A program made the position numbers and the translations under genes. 57,932 nt of DNA from a virus (Duplodnaviria; Caudoviricetes): positions 1 through 57,932 of the IMG/VR virus record IMGVR_UViG_3300027772_000031, one strand, 5' to 3'. The notes beneath the pieces were generated by a model. It did not search any database and was not told where the DNA came from. It was given only the letters and a program-made list of their open reading frames with translations. Numbering within the stretch: the first letter of the stretch is position 1; each line of letters starts with the position of its first letter. Of the stretch, positions 40,937 to 51,219 are shown piece after piece.

Positions 40937-41917
40937 TTAAATAACTACCATTTTATTTGTTACGTATGGTAATAATAGCTGATCTGCATAGTTATTACCC
41001 GTACCGCTAAATGCTGATGTGTCATATTGGAACTGCCAGTCAAATGTCTGTATGCTCTTTATATACTTATTGCGCCACTCTTTGTCCTTAGAGAAAAAGT
41101 CTTTCATTAATTCAATACATGCAAGCTCTACTTCGTCTGGAACCTGATCCCATCCATATCGACCAGCAACCCTATACGTACCACCATTAATAAATGCTCC
41201 GTTTCCAGTATCGTTAATACTTGGTGGAACCATTCCGTTGGCAGTATACACAGTATTATCTAGCATGTTAGCCCTATTGACTCTAAGACCAAAACCGCTT
41301 TCTGAAACATTTACAGAAAAATTCCAATTATCAATATTATTAATATTATCTACTAAAAGGACGTCATTCAAGTAAAGCTCATGTAAAGTGTTTAATTTGC
41401 ATGGCAAAGGCAATACATCGGATCCACTTGAATAAACAATATTTACATCGTCATACAAATAGAATTTTTGTTGTGTGTAATTTTCAATTAATTTTCTAGC
41501 ATATCTTTCTGCTGCAACTAGATCAAAAAAAGTTTTATAGTTTGGGTCAGATTGATCAAAGCCAAATCCTAAAGAATCTGCAGCTTGAGTTAAATCAGTG
41601 TATGGCTTAACTACAAAAATTTGATGTTCTTTTGTTACGGTCTGTCCCTCAACCTGATATTGCCATATTAACTTTAATGATCTAGGTCGGTTGGTAAGAG
41701 ATAACGGAGGGTACACGCTGTACACTCCAAAATCCGTATCTACTGCTTCTGCTGTTTGAGTGTGCAAAACAGTTACTGGATTTATAGATGGGTTAACTGC
41801 TGGGTCTTCAGTTATATCATAAAACCTAACTACTGGCAAAGAGTCTGCTGTGGATATTCCGCCCTTCCAAAAAACTCTTTGCTTTACTGGCGCATTGGTT
41901 CCTACTATAATTTCCAT
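40937..41917 (-). CDS. Head-tail adaptor
   Basis: ARKLIENYT...YGWDQVPDEVELAC...ADQLLLPY. Confidence 0.75.
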   Translation of the reverse strand: MEIIVGTNAPVKQRVFWKGGISTADSLPVVRFYDITEDPAVNPSINPVTVLHTQTAEAVDTDFGVYSVYPPLSLTNRPRSLKLIWQYQVEGQTVTKEHQIFVVKPYTDLTQAADSLGFGFDQSDPNYKTFFDLVAAERYARKLIENYTQQKFYLYDDVNIVYSSGSDVLPLPCKLNTLHELYLNDVLLVDNINNIDNWNFSVNVSESGFGLRVNRANMLDNTVYTANGMVPPSINDTGNGAFINGGTYRVAGRYGWDQVPDEVELACIELMKDFFSKDKEWRNKYIKSIQTFDWQFQYDTSAFSGTGNNYADQLLLPYVTNKMVVI

Positions 41918-41932
41918 GTCGTGTGATTTAGA

Positions 41933-42328
41933 TTAGCTGTAATAATCCTGAACTTCTTTTGGGGTAGCTAAACGAAATCCCTCCTCTTGATCAAAAATTT
42001 TCTGTGCTATTTCTTTGCTTACTGCAACAAAGGGATGTTCTTTTGTAAATGTTTGACTCAAAATATCGTATCTATAATTCTGTCTGTCCATTTTAACCAA
42101 AACTGTATCTTCTGCTGATATAGATTTAGGGTCAAATACTGGAAGGACCTCTACTTCTTCTTTTGCATCTTCTACGGCCTTTTTTGTTTTTTCGTAAACC
42201 GAATAAGTTACGCCTTCTTCTGATAGAGCGGCAATGATATCTTGTTTATTCTTTAGTTGAGAAGTTTCTACTCCAAAGTCTTCTGCAATGGTTTTTAGCT
42301 CTCCAACTTTTAATGTGTCAAATGACAT
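41933..42328 (-). CDS. Hypothetical protein with Rho-N/HeH-like N-terminus
   Basis: LKVGELKTIAEDFGV...KQDIIAAL. Confidence 0.65.
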   Translation of the reverse strand: MSFDTLKVGELKTIAEDFGVETSQLKNKQDIIAALSEEGVTYSVYEKTKKAVEDAKEEVEVLPVFDPKSISAEDTVLVKMDRQNYRYDILSQTFTKEHPFVAVSKEIAQKIFDQEEGFRLATPKEVQDYYS

Positions 42329-42380
42329 TTCGATCTCCTTTTTCTAGGTTCATCCATTATAGCATTCTATAATTAAAATG

Positions 42381-42408
42381 AAAAGCCCCCAAATACTTGG
42401 GGGCCTTT
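42381..42408 (-). terminator. Rho-independent terminator after the capsid gene
   Basis: GCCCCCAA-GTAT-TTGGGGGC then TTTT. Confidence 0.8.
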
Positions 42409-42429
42409 CTTGCTAGTTAAATCCTATTA

Positions 42430-43482
42430 TTAGGAAGCAACCTTAACGTTTTTAACAACTACCCAAGCGTCTGCTTGCTCGATTTGAACACCAACACGAG
42501 TATACATTGTGTACTCGATTGAGTCCTTACGTGGCCAGAAGAATCGGTAAACAGTTACGTCACGCTTAACACCAATAACTACGTTATTAGGGAATGTTAA
42601 GTGAACATCTCCGTGTGAACCTGATGGGCTTGCATAATCACCAGTCTGTGTCTCAGGAAGTAGTGGCACTTCGATAATTGGAATACCAAATGCGAATGGT
42701 GCTACATAACCTGCTGGACCTCCTAGTGGCTCTGTTGCTCCACGGATAATGCTTGAAGCAATATCTTGTGGAATTGTTTGATTGGTACCAATGCTGTTAG
42801 CATATAGGAAATCCTGAATTAGGTTTGATCCTGCTAAAAAGCGTAGGTCTCCACGGCGTTGCTTGTACTTACGTGGCATTGCCTTAAGTGCTTTATTGAA
42901 TACCTCACGAGATACTCCAGCTCCTGCTGCATCAACAACACGGCCGTTTGCCTTTGATTTCTTAACAACACCATCAAACGCCATGTATAGTGCGTCTGAT
43001 CCTGCTGCGTTACCATTAAGGATTACGTCTTCAATGTCGTTACCAGCTTGAGTTGCCATCAAACGTGCGATGTGATCTTCAAGATCTGGACCTTCGATAT
43101 TGTCTTCTAGAGACTCTGTTGAGAGCTCCCAGTCAAGACGTAGTTTCTTTGTTGTAAGAGATATTTTTGAGAAAGTTACAGCTGCGTTTGATGCGCCAAC
43201 GCTGTTTGCCTCAGTTGCAAGTTTCATAAGCTTCTCGCCTACTCCAACTCTATCAATTTCTGTTGTATCAGATTTCATTCGAACGGTACGTGCGACTTTT
43301 CCAATTACGGTTGCATCGAACATATAGTCTAAGAAACGAGCTGATTGTTCTGGATTTAGAAGTCCGCCGTTACCATTTTCTGATGCACGGTGTACTCCTG
43401 TTCCTCCAGTTGTTGAAGCAAAAGTACCAGTATTAGTTGTACCTGCTGCTTCTACTGCCTTTTCTAATGTTTCATTGCTCAT
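42430..43482 (-). CDS. Major capsid protein (HK97 fold)
   Basis: GGLLNPEQ...LSTESLEDNIEG...DIEDVILNG; follows the protease. Confidence 0.92.
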   Translation of the reverse strand: MSNETLEKAVEAAGTTNTGTFASTTGGTGVHRASENGNGGLLNPEQSARFLDYMFDATVIGKVARTVRMKSDTTEIDRVGVGEKLMKLATEANSVGASNAAVTFSKISLTTKKLRLDWELSTESLEDNIEGPDLEDHIARLMATQAGNDIEDVILNGNAAGSDALYMAFDGVVKKSKANGRVVDAAGAGVSREVFNKALKAMPRKYKQRRGDLRFLAGSNLIQDFLYANSIGTNQTIPQDIASSIIRGATEPLGGPAGYVAPFAFGIPIIEVPLLPETQTGDYASPSGSHGDVHLTFPNNVVIGVKRDVTVYRFFWPRKDSIEYTMYTRVGVQIEQADAWVVVKNVKVAS

Positions 43483-43499
43483 AGTTTTTTCACCTATCC

Positions 43500-44822
43500 T
43501 TAGTTAAATATTTCGTTTACGGAACCGAGGAAAGTACCGTTCCACTTTGATTTTTTAATGGTGGACCCCACAGACCCGCCAAGGTCTGAAGACTTTTTAA
43601 TTGCTGTAGAGCCTTCGACGGCATCTACACGTTTCTGAACACCGCTAATGGTGTTTTTAATATCAGCAACAGCATCACTTAGTGTGCTGTGCTTTTCTGC
43701 CAACTCTGTAATTTGATCGTTTATGCTTTTGCTAAAACTCTCAACTGATACTTTAATATCAGCAACCTGAGCTTGGTTATCCTCAGTTGCTTTTGACAAA
43801 GTATCGGAGAAAAAGCCCTTTAGGTCGCCTAACATTTTTGCAAAATCAGGTTCATCAACCTTAACTTCTACTGTGTCGGCTGCTTTTTCAACGTTGTCGG
43901 CAGAGGTATCTTCTGTTGTCTCTTCAACAACTGCAACTTCTGCAACTGGTGCCTCTACAACATCGACAGACTTTTCAATAATTGTTTCTGCTTCTAAAGC
44001 GTCTACAACTACATCGTTTGTTACGTCTGACATTTTATTACCTCCTTCTACGTTTGCCTGTTTTGCAATTGTTTGTATTGCAGGCAACGGTAATCTTGAC
44101 TTCTTAAATGAAGCAAGAATTTTATCTATTTCTTTTGCTTTGTTCTGATCTGAGCTTTCAACCCATCCAATCAAAACTGCATCTTTCCCAGTGACTGGGG
44201 AAGAATATGTTTTATCTGTTGACATAAAAACAGAGTCGCTATCTTCGCAATAAAAAATGTTTTCTGTTACAACATTTGTTGCTATGCCCTTAAATATAAA
44301 TTGACCATTTACTTTTTCAATTGAAACAATATTGCACATTTCGTTTGCTGGAGAATCAACAATAGAAAGCTCCACTAAATCATATTCTTTAATAAATCTT
44401 ACTGTTTCTCCTGTAGACTTATTCATTTCATTTTCAGAGTCTTTAATTTTTCCTCCGATTGAAAATCCAGAAAGAGTTCCGTCAAGAACTTTCTCCCAGG
44501 TATCTTGTGCACCTTTTGAAATGTATGAAGTAACATAAACTCCATTATAAAATTCTTTTGTTTTTGCATCGTAGTATGTTTCTGGATTAAATGAAACAAG
44601 TTTACCTACGGCAAGCGGCTGATGCATTTCTCTAAGATTACCTCTAAATGATTCAAATGCTTTTAAGCTTGCTTCTGCGGTTACAACATCTCCAGTTTGA
44701 TCTACGTTATCTAATGTAGCAAATCCAGACACCGTTCTTTTTTCTCTGTTAACCTTTGTAAAGGGTACAGATAAGTGAATGTTTTGGCCGTCGTGGGACC
44801 ATTGACTTTTTTCAATGTTCAT
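43500..44822 (-). CDS. Prohead protease with C-terminal scaffold region
   Basis: DQTGD, REMH, GFSIGG, ELSIVDSPAN; acidic coiled-coil C-terminal half. Confidence 0.9.
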   Translation of the reverse strand: MNIEKSQWSHDGQNIHLSVPFTKVNREKRTVSGFATLDNVDQTGDVVTAEASLKAFESFRGNLREMHQPLAVGKLVSFNPETYYDAKTKEFYNGVYVTSYISKGAQDTWEKVLDGTLSGFSIGGKIKDSENEMNKSTGETVRFIKEYDLVELSIVDSPANEMCNIVSIEKVNGQFIFKGIATNVVTENIFYCEDSDSVFMSTDKTYSSPVTGKDAVLIGWVESSDQNKAKEIDKILASFKKSRLPLPAIQTIAKQANVEGGNKMSDVTNDVVVDALEAETIIEKSVDVVEAPVAEVAVVEETTEDTSADNVEKAADTVEVKVDEPDFAKMLGDLKGFFSDTLSKATEDNQAQVADIKVSVESFSKSINDQITELAEKHSTLSDAVADIKNTISGVQKRVDAVEGSTAIKKSSDLGGSVGSTIKKSKWNGTFLGSVNEIFN

Positions 44823-44875
44823 ATGGTCAATTTTAGTGCTTTATTTACTATAACGCAAATCGTAGTCGATTAGGG

Positions 44876-46462
44876 TTAGTCAACCTGACTGCCATCACCC
44901 TGTGGGTTCCTGGCTTCCCCAGAAATATCTGGCTGATTATTTTGTCTTTCTTTATCCCTTGTTCTAGTATTTCCAGCTTTTGCTCTTTGTTCTGCAGCAG
45001 CCTGTGGCTTTAATTCAATTACGTCATCTCCGCCATCTAAAGGTATCATTCCTTTTCTAATTCTAACCTCATTTGGGGTAATAACCTGCATTCTTAAATA
45101 TCTTTCATCAATTTTAGATTGAGTGTCTTCATCTGTAAGAGTAAGCTCTTCAAATTTAATTTTTAATGCATCGGTCTTTTCTTCAATAATTGAATTTATT
45201 CTTTTTTCAAGTCTCATTTGTGCTGGACGACATACCTGCTCTTTAAATGTTTTGTCTGCATCACGAGCAACGGCTAAATTAACTCCTTCTGGAGTTCCTA
45301 TTTTATTTATTGGAACTCTGTGCGCCAGCAAAATTTCATCCCTATTAGATTTTCTATAAATATTAAATGATGATTCTTGGGCTCCAGCTTCAACTGGCTC
45401 CATTTTAAATTCAACTTTTGAGTCTGGAGTGTCTGGGGGAAGTGGGATATATAGAGATCTATGATTCTTTCCTTTTAATCCAACCTGGAAAAACTCAAGT
45501 AGTTTTCTTTCTGATTCTGGGGAAAGCTTTGCTCCCTTTACTGTAATAATATATCTTGGGACCGCTTTGTTTTCAAAGTAATCTAGGTTATATCTTCCAG
45601 CAAATTCATTACCAGCAATAGAAACTTGTGCTGCAATAATATCTGGTATTCCGTAATAGTTATTCATTGGGGTGTATTTCTTTAAATGGATAATTTCGTT
45701 TGGAGTATCTTCTGCGTCACCAATTGGATTGATGGTCTCTAAATCTCCAAAGTTTCTAAAAAATACTGCCTTGCCATATAGCAACTGCATAAATCCATCA
45801 CGTAGTCTTCGTACACGCATTGTTTTAGACGGTATATGCCCGATATAGCCTATATCTCCCGCAGTTGTACGTCCAACCTCCAGATAACCATTACCAGTGG
45901 CTTCTAGGTCAGTATAGACCTTAATTAGGGTCTCTGTAAAGGTGTCTTCTTTATTAGTAGAATCTAGCCATTCTTGTAAATCCTGCTTAAGCTTATTTAA
46001 TTTTCTGCGAGCCCTATCAAGCTGCCTAATATCTGTAATTGCATCAATGGCATCATTTGTTTTTCTTGTTTCCATAAATCCATATCCTAGGCCAACAATG
46101 TTTGCAACCTTTGCATTAATTGCGGCATAGTTGTAAGTAGATATCTCATATATTTGAGAGAGGTATTCTAAATTATAAACTGGCTGAACAAGGTCAAACA
46201 TTGCATAGCCGCTTATTGCTTGAGCCATTAAATTCTGTTGTGTCTGAGCGCCATCCTGTCCAGTAAATGACTTTGTGAAATCTCTATTAACTTTTCTTTT
46301 AAAATTTGTACCAAGGCCTCTGACTTTTTTTAAATCCTCAAGTCCTATTGAAAACGGATCAAAATGTTCTTTTTCTTTTTTAAAAGAAAATAAATCAGAG
46401 CTATTTCTTATAGCAATTTCTGATGTGCTATCTTGAAAATCATCGTCAATTGAAATTGCCAT
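44876..46462 (-). CDS. Portal protein
   Basis: DLEATGNGYLE, NEIIH, YYGIP, HRVP, ITPNEVR...GGD. Confidence 0.93.
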   Translation of the reverse strand: MAISIDDDFQDSTSEIAIRNSSDLFSFKKEKEHFDPFSIGLEDLKKVRGLGTNFKRKVNRDFTKSFTGQDGAQTQQNLMAQAISGYAMFDLVQPVYNLEYLSQIYEISTYNYAAINAKVANIVGLGYGFMETRKTNDAIDAITDIRQLDRARRKLNKLKQDLQEWLDSTNKEDTFTETLIKVYTDLEATGNGYLEVGRTTAGDIGYIGHIPSKTMRVRRLRDGFMQLLYGKAVFFRNFGDLETINPIGDAEDTPNEIIHLKKYTPMNNYYGIPDIIAAQVSIAGNEFAGRYNLDYFENKAVPRYIITVKGAKLSPESERKLLEFFQVGLKGKNHRSLYIPLPPDTPDSKVEFKMEPVEAGAQESSFNIYRKSNRDEILLAHRVPINKIGTPEGVNLAVARDADKTFKEQVCRPAQMRLEKRINSIIEEKTDALKIKFEELTLTDEDTQSKIDERYLRMQVITPNEVRIRKGMIPLDGGDDVIELKPQAAAEQRAKAGNTRTRDKERQNNQPDISGEARNPQGDGSQVD

Positions 46463-46794
46463 TATTGTGGACCCTTCTTGAATCCTTCTTTATAGACTCC
46501 AATATCTAGTGGGTCTGGGGTAAGGCCCCATTTAAGTCTTTCGTTTTGATGCTCAAACTCTTCATCATCAATTTTTCTACGTCCAGCTAGAAATTTAGGT
46601 GAACCTTCGTGAATTCCATATGATCTTACTTCTCTTGCTATCAAATCAATTTTAGATCTATTTCCTTTTATTGATGCAACTGAAAGAAAATTACCGTCAT
46701 CATCGCCAATCCATCTGCCGTCTGGCATTTCCCAGACATATATCCCTAGGGTTGTTTCTTCAATAACTTGGCTTTTTTGATTTAATATTTTCAT
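46462..46794 (-). CDS. Hypothetical protein
   Basis: ORF coupled to the portal gene, with its own promoter. Confidence 0.75.
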   Translation of the reverse strand: MKILNQKSQVIEETTLGIYVWEMPDGRWIGDDDGNFLSVASIKGNRSKIDLIAREVRSYGIHEGSPKFLAGRRKIDDEEFEHQNERLKWGLTPDPLDIGVYKEGFKKGPQ

Positions 46795-46866
46795 ATGTAT
46801 AACAGTTTACCATTATTTGTCATTTAAGTCCAGTTTTTGTCAACCAAAGTGACAATATTATTAATT

Positions 46867-48681
46867 TTATACCAGCTGGGTGTCTAAATATCTGACTGAA
46901 TAGGCTGTATTGTCTTCTCCAGATACGCTTTCGGATAGGCTTATGCCTGGGTCAGACACAGCTTGTATATTATTTGAGCAATAAAGGTTATAGTTTTCTA
47001 TTGCCTCTGTCTGAGTAAAAGCACTTGGGTAGAGCGCTATGTTGCTGTATGTATTATTAAGTCCGTATTGAGTACCAGCCTGATTTTGATTAAATTTAAT
47101 GTTAGTAGAATTGCTTGATAGGACCAATACAACATGATGGAAAAGACCTGTTGTAAAAAAGGTTGATATGTTAGTGCTAGAAGTTACATCCACTCCATTT
47201 ACATATACCGCAGATATACCAGAAGATTGAACTACTCCAAGACTAGTCCATTTAAAATCTGAGGTATTTGATGAAAACAATATATTGCTGGTTCCGTTTG
47301 GCTTAAAAAATAACTCAATTGTTCTTGATGCATTTGTGGTGTCTACAGAAAACCCACGTCCGTCGGTCATTGTTAATCCATTATAGGAGTTTTGTGATTT
47401 TACTGGGTAGTTATAATTACCCAAAGAATAGTCGTGGGCAGAATAAATTCTTGAGCCCCCATTATCTGAATAAAAATCTTTATTGGAGTACATGTCAATT
47501 TCTAATTTATCAAAATACGGAAGATCAAAAGAGGCGTCTGCGGTTGTCATTGTAACTCGTATATCTAAAATGCTGCTTTGTAAATTTTGATTCTTATTGT
47601 AATATGGAAGCGGAGAATTGTTGTTGCAAGCTACCCACGGCTGGCCTGGGACTTGAACTTCTACTAGTATGTTTTTTACATCTTGCCCATAAGATATGGT
47701 AGAAGATTGTATATTTTGTGGATTACTTACATAAATTCTATCTGTAAACGAAAATGTTTTTGACTCAACGCCCACAGATTCTTTAAAATATATTCTATTA
47801 TTTATCGAGTCATAATATGTGTCATCTGTTAATAGGTCTTCAAAATTTTTAATCCCAGGATATCTGTAAGATACATCTGGCCGTATTGTCACAGAATTTA
47901 ATGAAAAGAATACTCCATTTTTTGGATAAACAATTTGAGAGTATTTTCTTTCTTTATACCCAGACACATAATGAGATCTGACCCTAGACTCTTCAATTTC
48001 ATAATTGTAAAAAGCAACCCCATCAATGATAAAATTTTTATTTATATTAGACGGACCAATTGCTGGTGAGAAAATTGTATTTGTAAATTTAAATTTATTG
48101 GAAAATGTTTTTTCTTTTACCAGGGATCCATTTAAGTACAAGCTAATTTTGTCTTTTGAAAAAACTCCGACTGCATGTATTACTTGATTTTTAGATATCT
48201 TGTAATTGACATAATTTAGAGCATCAACCTTAAAAACAACATTTTCGTTTTTATAAAAAATTCCAATTTGATTAGATGAATCTGCAACTATTGGATATTC
48301 TAAAATATCTGTAGGGTCTGGTTTAAACCAAGCCTCCACGGAAAAAGCGCTATCTGGGTTTTTGTTTGTCGCTATTCCTAGTGCCTTTAACTTAATATTA
48401 GAGGTTGATTCAATAAGGGTTCCTCTTACCCCACTATTAATTATGGGCATTAGCTGCATTGATGAGGATTGTATTGCATATCCGTCTGAACCATTTCCAG
48501 AATAATCAATAATTGGTAGACCGCTGATTGCTGCATAAGATACACCATTGTCTTTTAAATCTTGGTAAGTGCTATAGGTATTTTTTAATACTGTATAATT
48601 AGTTACTTCACCAGATTTTACTTCATCTAGAAGGTAAAAGGATAGAGGATAGTCTTGCAAGACAGTATACTTATATGACAT
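46867..48681 (-). CDS. LamG/concanavalin-A-like virion protein
   Basis: PLSFYLLDE...DYSGNG...FSVEAWFK...HAVGVF...LYLNG...IDGVAFY, with a second LamG-like unit at the C-terminus. Confidence 0.78.
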   Translation of the reverse strand: MSYKYTVLQDYPLSFYLLDEVKSGEVTNYTVLKNTYSTYQDLKDNGVSYAAISGLPIIDYSGNGSDGYAIQSSSMQLMPIINSGVRGTLIESTSNIKLKALGIATNKNPDSAFSVEAWFKPDPTDILEYPIVADSSNQIGIFYKNENVVFKVDALNYVNYKISKNQVIHAVGVFSKDKISLYLNGSLVKEKTFSNKFKFTNTIFSPAIGPSNINKNFIIDGVAFYNYEIEESRVRSHYVSGYKERKYSQIVYPKNGVFFSLNSVTIRPDVSYRYPGIKNFEDLLTDDTYYDSINNRIYFKESVGVESKTFSFTDRIYVSNPQNIQSSTISYGQDVKNILVEVQVPGQPWVACNNNSPLPYYNKNQNLQSSILDIRVTMTTADASFDLPYFDKLEIDMYSNKDFYSDNGGSRIYSAHDYSLGNYNYPVKSQNSYNGLTMTDGRGFSVDTTNASRTIELFFKPNGTSNILFSSNTSDFKWTSLGVVQSSGISAVYVNGVDVTSSTNISTFFTTGLFHHVVLVLSSNSTNIKFNQNQAGTQYGLNNTYSNIALYPSAFTQTEAIENYNLYCSNNIQAVSDPGISLSESVSGEDNTAYSVRYLDTQLV

Positions 48682-48684
48682 GTC

Positions 48685-49785
48685 TTACGCCTCTTCTAGT
48701 GTTTTAACTCTCGCCGTAAGCTCTTGCACTGCCTTAATGAGCGGAGCAATAAACTCTTCATATCGTAATGCTTGTTCTGATTCTGGATTGGATTTATCTA
48801 TTAGTACCCAGCCACCAAAATCTACTCCTGAATTTTCTAATGCTTGTTTAACTTCTTGTGATATTAAGCCCCAATGTGTTCGTGTTCCTGCAATTGAATC
48901 TCCTTCTGGAGTTACAGATCCTTCAATAAATTTATAACTTACTGGCCTTAAATCATTAATAAAATTTAAACCTAAAGATGAATCCAATATATCAGTTTTT
49001 AGTCTTAAATCAGATGTGCTAATTGTTCCTGTATTAGAATAAATTGTTTTCCAGAATTTATTTGAAGAAACTCCACTTGGCACATCGGCTGGTTGTCCAA
49101 TTGAATATAAATTGTTTGCTAGCGGATACCAGTTTGAATTTACTCCGTATGCAGATGAAGTGGGAATGTTTAATGATATTGTCCCAGGTATCGGATCAAT
49201 AATTGGTGTATCTCCTGCTGGGCCTGGTACTCCCTGCGCTCCATTTGCTCCAGTTGCTCCTCTTGGAATTGTAAAAGCAAATACTGCATCTGTAGAAGTA
49301 CCAGTATTTGTAACTAAAGCATTTGTTCCAGCCGCACCAGTAGTGGTAGTTCCAATTGCAAGTGTTGTAGGTCCTGCTGGCCCTTGTGCTCCTGTTACTC
49401 CTTGGGGTCCTGCTGGTAAAACTAAATTTAAAGTTTGAGATGGGCTAGTTCCAGAAATTGTAGCTGCTGCGGAGGATCCGCTTGTGACTGATCCTATTGA
49501 TAAAATATTTGAAGGACCCGCTCCACCTACAACTCCATCGATTCCTCTTGGTAAAGTTAAATTAAGAATTGCGGCAGATGATGTTCCTACATTTGTAACG
49601 GCTGCTGGAGTAGAAGCGCTTACCGTGGAAATAGTTCCTATAGTAATTGTTCCTGATGGCCCCTGTGGCCCTGGATGGGCGTCTAAGTAGGCATCTACGT
49701 CTGCTGCCAGATAAGCTAGATCTCTCGGTACGTCTGGGGTATCTGAGTAGACGGGGTATCTAAAACCTTTTCCTGTTGTAGTCAT
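48685..49785 (-). CDS. Collagen-like fibre with C-terminal peptidase S74 chaperone
   Basis: Gly-X-Y runs (GPQGPSG, GPQGVTGAQGPAGP, GATGANGAQGVPGPAG); SDLRLKTDI...GLISQEV...LRYEEFIAPLIKAVQEL. Confidence 0.88.
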   Translation of the reverse strand: MTTTGKGFRYPVYSDTPDVPRDLAYLAADVDAYLDAHPGPQGPSGTITIGTISTVSASTPAAVTNVGTSSAAILNLTLPRGIDGVVGGAGPSNILSIGSVTSGSSAAATISGTSPSQTLNLVLPAGPQGVTGAQGPAGPTTLAIGTTTTGAAGTNALVTNTGTSTDAVFAFTIPRGATGANGAQGVPGPAGDTPIIDPIPGTISLNIPTSSAYGVNSNWYPLANNLYSIGQPADVPSGVSSNKFWKTIYSNTGTISTSDLRLKTDILDSSLGLNFINDLRPVSYKFIEGSVTPEGDSIAGTRTHWGLISQEVKQALENSGVDFGGWVLIDKSNPESEQALRYEEFIAPLIKAVQELTARVKTLEEA

Positions 49786-49805
49786 TTTTTTATTATACCA
49801 TTCAT

Positions 49806-50459
49806 TTATTTAGAGTATATATGAGCTGGGCTCATCCATCTAGTACCGCTTGTTATTTTTGTAACCTCATGAATATACGGCTCTTGAGATGGGAAAATAA
49901 TTATACTACCAGCCTTGGGCTTAATGCTAATATTTTGATTTTTAAAGCTAATCTCCCCTCCTTCGTAATCATCATTAATATATGCAACTAGCGAAAACGC
50001 AAGAGCATTATGCCCATCTTGTCCATCAAAATGAGGACCCATTGATTGACCAGAATTCCATTTTTTTATTAAAATGCCTTTAAGGTTTAGCGAATAATTT
50101 TCTTTATTTAATCCATTTAATTTTATGTATCTATCTGCACACATTTCAAATGCCGTTTCAAACTCATTAGATATATATAGAACTTTTTTATCAATTAAGC
50201 TAATAGTTTTAGTTGATTTAACAACATGAGTATCAATTTTTTTAGTTGCTCCATAAACTAAAGATTTATCATCACTTGCCGTCCATGGCTCCCACTTAGA
50301 TATTCTATTGTAAGACTCTGGCTGATCATCAATATACTCTATATGACTTTTTAATTCAGATGGAAAACTTAATGCATTTTCAAAATAAAAAATTTTATCT
50401 TGTTGTATCTTTAATTTAAACATATGAAATTGCTCAAAGCCAACATCATTGCTATTCAT
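49806..50459 (-). CDS. 2OG-Fe(II) oxygenase, prolyl 4-hydroxylase-like
   Basis: PHFD...YINDDYEGGEI...HEV...GTRW. Confidence 0.92.
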   Translation of the reverse strand: MNSNDVGFEQFHMFKLKIQQDKIFYFENALSFPSELKSHIEYIDDQPESYNRISKWEPWTASDDKSLVYGATKKIDTHVVKSTKTISLIDKKVLYISNEFETAFEMCADRYIKLNGLNKENYSLNLKGILIKKWNSGQSMGPHFDGQDGHNALAFSLVAYINDDYEGGEISFKNQNISIKPKAGSIIIFPSQEPYIHEVTKITSGTRWMSPAHIYSK

Positions 50460-51216
50460 TTATATCCTCTACTTCAGAAGCTGGGTATAATTCTGATCTT
50501 GGAGTTTGTCTTAAACCTTTGTCTCTTATTTCGTTCCACTCTTTTTGTTCAATTTTTTGTTTATCCCTAACTTCTTGAAGCTCAATTGCCCATTGATCTC
50601 TTAGTTCTTGAGGATAGTCTGACTCTTCTCTATCATCCCAGAAAGATCCTAGAGTATATCTAACTTTCTTTTTAACTACAGTAACTTCATGCATATTTTG
50701 AAATCCCCCAGCAAAAGTAGCGAGTAGTCCAACTTTTGGAACAATGGTTAAATCAGTCTTTGTAAAATTTAATACCCCGCCTTCAAAATCATCATTTAGA
50801 TAAATAAAGGTTGCGTATCTACTTCTAGTAAACGCTCCCGCAACTCCGTCGTTACTTGTATTATCTGAGTGAGGGTGTGCAAATGCACCTGGCTCCCATC
50901 TTTGTGAATGAAAGCTAATTCTAGACATTTGTTTTGGATCTTTTCCAGCCATGTCGGCTGTAGCAACAATAACTCTTTCTTTTAGACTATCAAAGAAATC
51001 TCCTGGTAGGCCACAGGCAATTACATCTGCATCGTTTAGTTCTGGCATTCTTCCCGAAGAAGATTCATAAAAAGAAATTTGTTTCCAGTCCCACTCGCCT
51101 TTGTTTTCTTTTATTTTTATAACCTTTAAAATAGATTCGCACTCATCTTTAGTTAAAAAGTTTTCATGAGTAACAATATCGTCACGATGCCTTGTTATTA
51201 CTATTTCTTTATTCAT
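50452..51216 (-). CDS. 2OG-Fe(II) oxygenase, prolyl 4-hydroxylase-like
   Basis: PHSD...YLNDDFEGG...HEV...RYT. Confidence 0.92.
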   Translation of the reverse strand: MNKEIVITRHRDDIVTHENFLTKDECESILKVIKIKENKGEWDWKQISFYESSSGRMPELNDADVIACGLPGDFFDSLKERVIVATADMAGKDPKQMSRISFHSQRWEPGAFAHPHSDNTSNDGVAGAFTRSRYATFIYLNDDFEGGVLNFTKTDLTIVPKVGLLATFAGGFQNMHEVTVVKKKVRYTLGSFWDDREESDYPQELRDQWAIELQEVRDKQKIEQKEWNEIRDKGLRQTPRSELYPASEVEDINE

Positions 51217-51219
51217 ATA

